DNA of 62,872 nucleotides, filler included, from Octopus bimaculoides (Eukaryota): NCBI RefSeq assembly GCF_001194135.2. It is 4 parts of 3 records of this genome, joined end to end, with 100 filler letters (N's around TTAATTAATTAA, not from the genome) between each part and the next. Parts side by side here need not be neighbours in the genome. Positions count along the whole stretch, not along the records: positions 1 to 15,700 come from NC_068983.1; positions 15,801 to 44,698 come from NC_068984.1; 2 more parts are not named here. One strand, 5' to 3'. Shown piece by piece: positions 12,670 to 21,422 of this stretch (position 1 is its first letter; each line of letters starts with the position of its first letter). The notes under the pieces were generated by a model. It saw only the letters and a program-made list of their open reading frames with translations, ran no database searches and was not told where the DNA came from. The position numbers and the translations under genes were made by a program.

Positions 12670-15220
12670 ACATGACAGCAGTGACATTGCTGTCAGGGGT
12701 TGGATATGAACTGGAATTGAAACAATTTAAAATCAACATAAATTTGTTTCTCATAGACAATATTAAACTGTTTGGTTAGAGTGAAAAAACTAGGTAATTT
12801 AATTAAAACTGTCCATTTATTTAGCAAAGACATAGGAATGGAATTTGGGATAAAGTGTAGTATAACTTAAGAGAAAAAAAGGTGTCAGTATATATGATAG
12901 TGTAATTTGATAGTGAAGTAATGATGGATATTGGGAAGGACAGATATAAGCACTAAGGATTACGAGTCAGCAACATCAAAAAATTTGATTGAATGAACTC
13001 TGTGGAAAAGAATACCAGATATGATTAAAATTGGTGCCTCAGCCAAAATTAACTGGAAGAAACATGATATTAACAAATATATGGAATGAGATATGAAGCA
13101 GGTATATTCAAATGGAATAGAGAAGAATTCCTGAAGTTTGACAGGTGTAGAAACTCATGACAATGGAGCATTCCACCTTAAAATTTCGTTAATAGGCTTT
13201 ATGTATTCAGGGAAAACAGAGGAAAGGATGTGATTAGTTACTGGAAACGTAGAGGTAAGAAAATAATCTACAATGATATGTAATTAATCTGCATTGAAGA
13301 ATCACAGCTCCAGTACGAAAACGGAATTAGAGTGATACAGAAAAAGAATCGCAACACAGACTCTTCAAGCCAAGTTAAGCAATAGAAGACCACCGGGTAG
13401 ACCAAGAATGAGATAATTGGAGAATATCCATAGTCTCAGTCGAACATGTTTGGGAATCCATCCACAAAGTCTAATAACTATTGCTTTTGATAGGATCCTA
13501 TTGAGATGTATGAGGGCTCTACTCACACAACCTTTCAGGATTAGTGGACAGGGAAGCTGGGTGAGTTATTTGGGTGGTGTAAAAGTCTCTGATTTGATAA
13601 AACTACACTGATAAGGCTGAATATAAGAGCATTAGAAGACAGGAAAAGCAGACATATCACAATGGAAGCGTAGTATGCAGACAGTTAATGAGAGATGTGG
13701 GTAATAGTGTGACTAGACAAGGGACATGAGACTGGTTGTAAAAATCAGGTCTAAAAGTTGAAACTGAAGGGTTAATCTTGCAGTACAAGAAGAGATACAA
13801 GAAGGGATAATCTTGTAGTACAAGAGACAAATTTTGTCATTAACATTGAATTGCTCTTATGTAGACTTTGTGATCAAAAAGGTGAAAGTATTAATCATGT
13901 AATGAGTGGACGTAGTAAACATGTACGAAGAGAATACAAAAGGTTGCACAATAATATATTGTACATATCGTTCATTTGAAAGTATATAAAAATATAATAC
14001 TAATATTAACGACGGAAGCAGTATTAATACCGAATGGCAACCCTTATATCCTACTTAACATGGTTGTATTATTAGAAGGTCGTATACTGTGGTATTCGCC
14101 TTGAGAGATTCTCTCAAATAGACGTATGGTGCTGAAAGCACAGATATATATCGTTACCAAAAGAATCGTTTGATATAGGCACTGAAACTGCTGGATCACA
14201 TTTCTGCGTACATTTCACCGTATGCAAGCCAAATATCACTGCCAGATGATTCCAGTCTGCTAACGATATATATCTCTGATCTTAGCACCACACATTTATA
14301 TGAGAGGCTCTTTCAAGGCCAAATCCGTAGTATATGACATTCTAAAAATACACCTACGTTATGTAAAAATATAATTTAGACAAGGCTAATAAGTAGCACG
14401 ATTATCAGCATAATGCAATGGAAGAAAATAAGAATTTAAAATACTGTGGGATCTCAGCATTCTACGTAAATGATTAAGAAAATACCAGATATTGTTATCA
14501 TCAACAAAGCAGTAAAACGCTGCACAATAATGTATTCAGCGTCTCCGATGAGAACAGAATGTAGATGAAAGAATAAGAAATATTAAGATATACCAAGATG
14601 TGGAAAGACAAGTCACAAGAGTGTAATATGACAAAAGTTAAAACTGCACTATTGAGAGCAGACACATATGATACAGTCATAAAGAAAATCAAATTATATT
14701 TGAAGATTAGAACTGAAATTTTAACAGAACTGTCAAAGGAAACTACATTATTAGGAACTGCAAAGAACCTAAAGGATAAAAACAAAATTAATTTCGGTAG
14801 GATGTGAAACCAGAACGTAAAAAGTCAGAAAAAAATAACACATAGTATTTTGTTTAATGTTCTAATGATTCTACTAATTCACCACTCAATAGTTTCTCAT
14901 TTAGATACAAGACCAGCAATTTTTGTGAAGAGGGATTTAATCGATACAAATAATCCCAGTACTTCACTGGTACTTTACCCATCTAAGAGAAGTGAAAGGC
15001 AGAGTTGACTTCAGTTAGGTTTGAACTTAAACAGTAAAGAGCCATATGAAATATGGCAAGGCATTGTTCCTAACACAAGCGATTCTCCCAAATGATAACT
15101 CATTACTTGTAAAATACATACCTGAACATTTTCTTACAGACTTCTTTAAGTCTGGGCAGTAACATTCACAGTCCTCCGCCACAAAACCATTTCTGGGACA
15201 AGACTTTTTCGGACAATTTC
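1086..15220 (-). CDS. Spliced 3' part of a gene: EGF-like Cys module plus six tandem ShKT domains (probably an astacin-type metalloprotease-ShKT protein; 5' exons not found)
   Basis: Exons 15122-15220, 11183-11227, 10706-10840, 9228-9347, 4968-5120, 2937-3089, 2338-2475, 1597-1611 and 1086-1198 all have AG/GT boundaries and phase-1 junctions. They join into one open frame of about 322 aa ending CKKSCQVCE-stop. Confidence 0.9.
1597..1611 (-). CDS. 15-nt microexon (linker LVQFIT)
   Basis: ttttttccttttgcag|TAGTACAGTTTATCA|gtgaga. Strong acceptor and donor, symmetric phase 1, and frame-neutral. Confidence 0.6.
1632..2043 (+). mobile_element. SINE family B (CORE-like CCTTGGGCAAGTGTCTT, internal TA/TG microsatellite)
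   Basis: Matches copies at 35122-35528, 44489-44698, 42861-43146, 51054-51288, 53757-53913 and minus-strand copies near 18800-18965, 25505-25870 and 41655-41810. Confidence 0.85.
2338..2475 (-). CDS. Exon: ShKT domain 5
   Basis: tttttccag|AT...GAAC|gtaagc, 138 nt. Encodes CLDGNKHCKDWAETGECHRNPSYMLNNCKKSCNTCGHNTEAYGAE. Confidence 0.93.
2937..3089 (-). CDS. Exon: ShKT domain 4 (duplicate copy B)
   Basis: ttatttacag|TT...ATAG|gtgagt, 153 nt. Encodes EEKCDDSNAVCPVWAKAGHCTINTAYMLKNCKKSCSQCTGGGKDEETVYI. This exon partly shows in track ORF 2803..3060. Confidence 0.92.
4968..5120 (-). CDS. Exon: ShKT domain 3 (duplicate copy A)
   Basis: ttatttacag|TT...GAAG|gtgagt, 153 nt. Encodes EEKCDDSNAVCPVWAKAGHCTINAAYMLKNCKKSCSQCTSGGKEEEKVDE. 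Confidence 0.92.
7830..8217 (+). mobile_element. tRNA-derived SINE family A, full length
   Basis: tRNA-like head TGGCCCAGTGGTTAG...GGTTTCGATTTCC and an (AAC)n tail. Near-identical to the copies at 36170, 42007 and 49004. Confidence 0.9.
9228..9347 (-). CDS. Exon: ShKT domain 2
   Basis: tatttcag|AT...GAAG|gtaata, 120 nt. Encodes CKDDNTDCKHWEGLGECSKNPVYMLVHCKLSCKQCNGTE. Confidence 0.92.
10706..10840 (-). CDS. Exon: ShKT domain 1
   Basis: ttttgattacag|TT...GAAG|gtaaag, 135 nt. Encodes CRDYHRSCAVWAQMNECKLNPLYMLENCEKSCGKCKGGKDEKVE. Confidence 0.93.
11183..11227 (-). CDS. Exon: acidic/Gly linker
   Basis: ttattacag|AT...GAGA|gtaagt, 45 nt. Encodes DTSGNGGVTEPKEEE. Confidence 0.8.
11613..12280. 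mobile_element. Non-autonomous Tigger/pogo-like (Tc1/mariner superfamily) MITE
   Basis: 23-bp TIRs CA(G/A)ACTGTCCTCATTTAACGACC, flanked by a TA target duplication on both sides. Confidence 0.8.
12480..14800 (+). mobile_element. Decayed R4/Dong-like non-LTR retrotransposon (RT, zinc knuckle and REL endonuclease remnants)
   Basis: Broken frames resemble the RT region (KDIGMEFG), LKVETEGLI, CRLCDQKGESINHVMSG..REYKRLHN and LSKETTLLGTAK. Confidence 0.75.
14072..14345. mobile_element. Foldback MITE inserted in the LINE fossil
   Basis: About 85-bp imperfect terminal inverted repeats (ttagaaggtcgtatact... / ...agtatatgacattctaa). Confidence 0.7.
15122..15220 (-). CDS. Exon: EGF-like Cys-rich module
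   Basis: tttctag|GA...TCAG|gtatgt, 99 nt. Encodes NCPKKSCPRNGFVAEDCECYCPDLKKSVRKCS. The C-x-C-x-CP pattern resembles the module after the astacin domain in molluscan and nematode astacins (family recall). Confidence 0.85.
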
Positions 15221-15371
15221 CTAGAAATATATAAAGAATTTCTTTTACTTTTGTTCATACAACTACACATGAGAAGAAACCTGTAAGGATTGAGCAGTAG
15301 GGGAGGGGAGATGGACAAATTGATATGTTTAATAAAATAAAGACAGCGACATGTATAACGTTTATTATGTA

Positions 15372-15462
15372 CTAGCAGAAATACCCGGCGTTGCCCGGGT
15401 TAAAGAGAATAATGAAATCTAAAAACGCCGTCTAGACTACGCATCATCTTTATATATAGAGA
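15372..15462 (-). mobile_element. 91-bp mini-Helitron
   Basis: The minus strand reads A|TCTCTATATATAAAG...ACCCGG-GCAACG-CCGGGT-ATTTCTG-CTAG|T. It has a 5' TC, a subterminal hairpin, a 3' CTAG and an AT target with no TSD. Confidence 0.8.
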
Positions 15463-15583
15463 TGTATATACACACACGCACCCAAACACACGTATATATA
15501 TATGTATATCAATATAAATATATGAAAGTCAATGAAGTTTCGTAAAAGAAGGTGATCATGTACATACTTTCTTGCTGTTGTGA

Positions 15584-15700
15584 TTATAACACCTCATTGT
15601 AAACTATGTTCCTTGTTTTCCCTTGTGGAGCATATACAAATAGGTTTTTTGTTGCTGCCCACTCTTGAGCAGCCAACATACAGTTGTCCATGTGAGAAGC
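15584..15700 (-). pseudogene. C-terminal fragment of a Helitron Rep-helicase (PIF1-like motif VI)
   Basis: Reads FSHGQLYVGCSRVGSN, then a +1 frameshift in an A run, then NLFVYAPQGKTRNIVYNEVL*. It runs into an assembly gap. Confidence 0.85.
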
Positions 15701-15800
15701 NNNNNNNNNNNNNNNNNNNNNNNNNNNNNNNNNNNNNNNNNNNNTTAATTAATTAANNNNNNNNNNNNNNNNNNNNNNNNNNNNNNNNNNNNNNNNNNNN

Positions 15801-15844
<44 letters not shown>

Positions 15845-16257
15845 TGATCACTAGCTACAATAAATATGGAATGCCTGCCATCATACTTTCTTTCAACAAT
15901 ATTGTTGATATCCATAAACAGTTTTTATGGAGGTGTACTTGCGAGGCAAGTGTTTTGATCTTAAGCTATGTGTTGAAACTAAAATGATTTGCGGTATGGA
16001 AATAGCCATTCAGAAACACACAAAGGCTGTTAACTTCACTTAAAAATTTATTGTTTGTAACATGGTGTCAAAGTATTTGTTCCTCCAATTGTGACCTGGT
16101 CACTGACAACATTTGTAACTGCTTTGTTGTTTAACCTCAGGTAAGCTTAGAATTAACAGGAAATGGTCATATTCCTATACGCAACGGCATTTTATTGGGA
16201 ATGACTTTGTGCATAGGAGTAGGATACAATGTATAGGATAAGATGAGCATTCTATCT

Positions 16258-16685
16258 TTAGCCTTTCAGCATTGAGATTAATCTGTCAAAAGTAATGCTT
16301 ATTTGTGCATATTGTTTTGTATTAACCATGCATTATGTCATAGCTTTGAGGTTTCAAATTGTGCCTGTAATTCAAAGGGTCAGCCTTTTCACACTGTGTC
16401 ATGCTGAATATCCCCGAGAACTACATTAAGGGTACACATGTCTGTGGAGTGCTCAGCCACTTGCACATTAATTTCACGAGCAGGCTGTTCCATTGATCGG
16501 ATCAACTGGAACCCTTGGCGTCGTAAGCGACGGAGTGCCAACAACAAGAGGTTTCAATGAAGTGGTTCTTTACTTGTAGCATGACATTGTAGGGTAGGTG
16601 TGAGGAGCTGAATACAGCCAGTTTGAACATAAACCAAGTAAAATATTTTGGCCTGATATGGCCAGTTTAAATGCTAAAGGGTTAA
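16258..16685. mobile_element. piggyBac-like MITE interrupted by a SINE-A fragment (about 16360-16548)
   Basis: The right end is AATGCTAAAGGG|TTAA. The left end is a degenerate match. Confidence 0.45.
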
Positions 16686-17256
16686 TATAGGCAGTGTATC
16701 AAGAATTACAAGAATTATTTTTAAATGATTTTTTCTTTTATCTTTTGCTTGTTTCAGTCAGTGGACTGCATCCATGCTGGGGCATTGTGTTGAATGGGTT
16801 ATATGAACAAACTGAGAACCAGTACTTAGTTTTTATGTTCAGTACTTACCCTATTGGCCTCTTTTATCAAACTTCTAAGTTATGACAACATAAAGCAACA
16901 CTGGTCATCAAGTGATGGTGGGGGATGGACAAACACAGTCAAAAAGACACATGCGTGTGCATGTACACACACACACACACTCAGATGTTTAGATCTGTGC
17001 ATGTGTATGCATTTGTCCTATATAGAGGACAATTTTGATTATTTTACTACAGTTACAAATTCTGAAGCACAGCCATTGGTTAATACTGCTACTACATAAA
17101 CATGAAGATTGCAGAAAGCACGAAAGTACTTGCATTATCATAAAAATGTAATATTGTAAAATTGCAAAACATACAAAAATAAAAGGTGAAACTCAGATTA
17201 CGTTTGAATTTCATTGACTTATATGTCTACCTGTACACAATCATACAATCCCTGAT

Positions 17257-17375
<119 letters not shown>

Positions 17376-17489
17376 TGTATATATATATATATTACTCATC
17401 GTTACATTTAACCTACTTACTTCTCGCACAGAGATTTAAAACTAATTGTTTTTGTCTCTATGAGATCAATAACTGTGTGTCACTTAAAA

Positions 17490-17735
17490 AGTATATGCTT
17501 CAAGCAAGGTTTAGTGCTGCTATCTCTAACCAACGGGCTGATGAACAGAAATAACCCAGAAACCATGGTCTTCAGGTGCCATTTAAGGCTGATGGGGGAC
17601 ATTAGCTCCCTTGTTCGAGGTATAAGGATGCAGATGTGTGTTGGTAGCCAGCTGGAAAAGATGTTTTCCTGGGGCTAAAAAAGGTAGTAACATCGTCCTA
17701 ATCAGGACTGCCACTTTACATTGGCAAATAGATTT
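17490..17735 (+). mobile_element. Diverged copy of the same hammerhead repeat with a degenerate ribozyme
   Basis: It aligns by eye to about 18400-18660. It keeps CTGATGA (17538-17544), GAAA (17559-17562), palindromic ACCATGGT and GTC (17568-17570), but stems I and II are decayed. Confidence 0.6.
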
Positions 17736-17742
17736 GACTATA

Positions 17743-17774
<32 letters not shown>

Positions 17775-18253
17775 AATAGTAACAAGGATTCAGATGGAAT
17801 CAAGTACTTGAAAAGATGTACACTAAGTAGGGTTGGATAAGCCTATGGTCACTGCCTATGATTGATAAATATCAAATAGGATATTCTGGTTGTGTACACA
17901 GAGAAAACCAACCTTGTGAGTATTTAGCACCTAGGGACTGGTCCAAAGCACACATTACATTGATTGTACATTGTTGGTATTCTCCAGGGTGTCCGACATG
18001 TCGTAAATCCCTATGGTGTGTTATAATCAAATGAATAGGCGATTATCCATCACCTATTATTATTCATTTGATTATATATATATATCTATACATGTATATA
18101 TCTACATGTATATATATAAGAAAATATATATACATATATATATCTATATATACATACATACATACATACATACATATATGCATACATATATGTGTATATA
18201 TATATGTGTGTGTGTATATATATATGTATATATCTTTATCTATCTATCTATTT

Positions 18254-18725
18254 TGGCAGCATTTGTCCTATTTTCCTGGACTGCCATGTTAGCTTGGCGA
18301 TAACTATTAATATCCAGTACCGCTGCCGTAGTCTCCTTTAGAGAGATTTAAAAATATTAATATTTCTATTTTTGAAAACCAGCGGATGTATTCCACTGAA
18401 TTTAGGTAAATAATCCTTCGAACAGACGGTCAGCAGCAATGCCTGCTGGGTTCGGCTGCTCTACATTGATAAGAGGCAAATACCCCGAAACTAGTCTGTA
18501 GATGCCAGACCAGCAAGGGGAAGTGGCTGACCTTCCCTGTTCGAAGGTTATAATGGACACAGGTTTGTGTGTCACATAGCTAGCTGGAGGTGATGACCTC
18601 TTGGAGCTAACCAATGGCAGCATTCGTCCTATTTTCCTGGACTGCCATGTTAGCTTGGCGACAACAATTAATATCCAGTACCGCTGCTGTAGTCTCCTTT
18701 AGAGAGATTTAGAAATATTAATATT

Positions 18726-18730
<5 letters not shown>
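18254..18730 (+). mobile_element. 361-bp hammerhead-bearing monomer in partial tandem (1.3 units); candidate non-LTR retrozyme
   Basis: 18254-18369 is repeated at 18615-18730 (period 361). The hammerhead lies in the middle. Both ends abut TA-type microsatellites. Confidence 0.7.
18449..18511 (+). ncRNA. Type I hammerhead ribozyme, Sm-alpha-like, minimal stem III, U3-A8 variant
   Basis: Sequence GGC UGC UCUACA-UUGAUAA-GAGG CAAAUA CCCC-GAAA C UA G UC-UGUAGA U GCC. It has a 6-bp stem I, a UGC/U bulge, a further 3+4 bp of stem I, loop II CAAAUA, and a GUC cleavage triplet ending at 18496. Confidence 0.8.
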
Positions 18731-18780
<50 letters not shown>

Positions 18781-20880
18781 ATATGTTCATATACGCACAA
18801 AGATATGATGAGCTTTATAGCTTTTGTCTACAAAATTCAGTCACAAGGCATTAGTCAATCTGGGGTTATAGTAGAAGACACATGCCCAAGATGCTGTAGA
18901 GTGAGACTGAACCCAAAACCATGTGGCCGCAAAGTAAGCTTCTTAACCACAAAGTCATGCCTGGGCCTGTTGTTATTGTTTATAGTGATGAAGAGGAAGA
19001 AGATGGATGAGTATTACTGTCATTGACATAGACAAGTGACTATGAGAATCCCATAAAGATGGGATTCTCATAGTAGTGTATTAGTGATTCTAAAGTAGTT
19101 TATTAAGGACTATGTTATCCAATGTGTCCTTTGTTTTTTAATACAGTTATCTATAATTTGGTAGAAATTTGATTGCTGACTCATTAAGATACAGTGATCA
19201 CAAAAAATGGCTCAGTCCTATTGGCTTGTATTCTAAACATTAGATATATATTACATGATTCTGTAAAGCAATTTCACAATAACTTTAATTCATACATGAA
19301 AATATATGTGTAATATCTTGTTGAATGGTTGCCAACATTGCCGTGGATGTAGTTTAGTATTTCATATCAGTGGATATTTAGGGATTAGAAGCAGAATTAA
19401 TATCTCACCTGGATAATCAAATTTTGAATCAGTTAGAGTTAATAACCTCTGATTCTTAATCATGTATGCTGGCTTTTTAGAAAGGCAAACGGAATTGTTG
19501 CGCAGCAGGGAACAAAAGGCATTTACTTAGAAACAAGAAATCTATTGGATATTTTGTCCCTTACCTACGTGATATGACATCTGTAAGATTAGATTAAATT
19601 GTTATTATTCTGTCCTCCATCTGTATCCCCAGATGGAGGAGACAAATGTGAATTAAATAATGATTTATTCTAGCTGCATGCTATTTATTTTAGTATCAAT
19701 CTATGTATAGGCTTCATACTATGAAGAGAAAGATGTTTATTAAATTAGTTAAGTTTTGGGCTGCATTAAAAGCACTGAAACTAATACTTGTCAGTGATGA
19801 TTCTGAAGTATTTTTATCCTTGGGGCATTGATGATTAATTGATCACCAGACTGCAAAATGGTCAAGTTATTAGAGTGGTAGAGAGTGTTGGAGTGTTTTG
19901 CAGCATTCATTCAGAATCTCTGCACTCTGAGTTCAAACCCTACTGAGGCCAACTTTTTTTATCTTGTCAGAGTTGATTTTAAAAAAAGTACCAATCTATG
20001 GCAGTGAACTGGCAGAAATGCAAGGGTATGGGACCAGATGCCTTGAGGTGTTTGCTTCAGTTCTTTATATTCTAAGTTCAAATCCTGCTATGGTCTACAC
20101 GGGTAGCAGACATAATCCATTGCCTGCGTTAACATCAGCACCTAACCCCTTGAATGCCTTCACTAAAGTTTGCCCTGTTATAAGCATTTTCTTAGGTCTC
20201 TGGTTTGTGGGTACCTTCCTCCATTCAGTCTTGGGGGTTCCTGTATCTAGTCCTGGCTGGGCTCTGCTTACCTCGCTGACTAAAAAAAATGAGAAGAAAA
20301 ACAAAAGCAACAACTTAGTTGTATTCTTGTTATCAGAGCTGTATAGTATTCATGATCAAAGTAGCTGTTCTATCCACTTAACTTGCACTCCAGAGGTTAC
20401 AACAATGAAGGTTTTAGTTGGTTCAATCAACAGAACAGCCTGCTCATTAAATTAACATGAAGTGGTTGAGCACTTCACAAACACACGTACACTTAATGCA
20501 GTTTGCAGGGAACTTCAGCATGACAAAGAATGTAACAAGGCTGGCCCTTTGAATTACAGGTACTACTCATTTTAGCCAACTGAGCTGAGTGGAGCAACTT
20601 GGAATAGAGTGTCTTGCTCAAGGACACTATGTGCTGCCAAGAATTGAACTCATGACCTATAACTGTGAACTGAATACCCTAGCTCCTGAGCCACATGCCT
20701 TCACTCTTATTCACTTATTAAACAGGTCAATCCATCCAGGTTTTGTCAATGAGTGAGTCTACCAAATAAGTTACGTAGTAAACACAAAGATGAATGGTTC
20801 ACTTCTGTAAGCTGCAGAAGTACTAGCAGTCACAATGACAGCAGTAGCTGCAGCAGAGGCTTATACATTTAGTGATACAT

Positions 20881-21422
20881 GAGCACCGTCCAAGCGCTAA
20901 GAGCACCGTCCGAGCATCTAAGAGCACTGCCTGAGCATCTAAGAGCACCATCCGAGTGCCTAAGAGCACTGTCCAAGAACTAAGAGCATCATCCGAGCGT
21001 GATCATTGCCAGAGCAGCTGTCTAGCTTCCATGCCAGTGGCACGTAAATAGCACCATTTGAGCGTGACTGTTACCAGCATCGCCATTCAGGCACTTGTGC
21101 CAGTGGCACGTAAAAAGACATTCGAGTGAGATCATTGCTAGTGCCACTGGACTGGCTCCTGTGCAGGTGGCATGTAAAATACACCATTTCGAGCATGGCT
21201 GTTGCCAGTACCGCCTGACTGGCCTTCATGCCAGTGGCACGTAAAAAGCACCCACTACACTCTCTGAGTGGTTGGCGTTAGGAAGGGCATCCAGCTGTAC
21301 AAACTCTGCCAAATCAGACTGAAGCCTGGTGTTGCCATCTGGTTCGCCAGTCTTCAGTCAAATCGTCCAACCCATGCTAGCATGGAAAGCGGACGTTAAA
21401 CGATGATGATGATGATGATGAT
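20881..21422 (+). mobile_element. Repeat family D (SINE or LINE 3' end with (GAT)n tail) preceded by internal subrepeats
   Basis: The 3' part GGAAGGGCATCCAGCTGTA...GGACGTTAAACGATGATG is shared with 29520-29686 and 30405-30720. Confidence 0.75.

Noticed and set aside
15701-15800. TTAATTAATTAA embedded in N runs (also at 44699-44798 and 55415-55514)
   Set aside because: An identical 44N-12mer-44N layout three times, with stops in all frames, marks an artificial scaffold spacer.
20095-20313. Minus-strand ORF beginning with a hydrophobic, signal-like stretch (MLLLFFFSFFLVSEV...)
   Set aside because: The hydrophobic start comes from a T-rich tract and there is no supporting gene structure.
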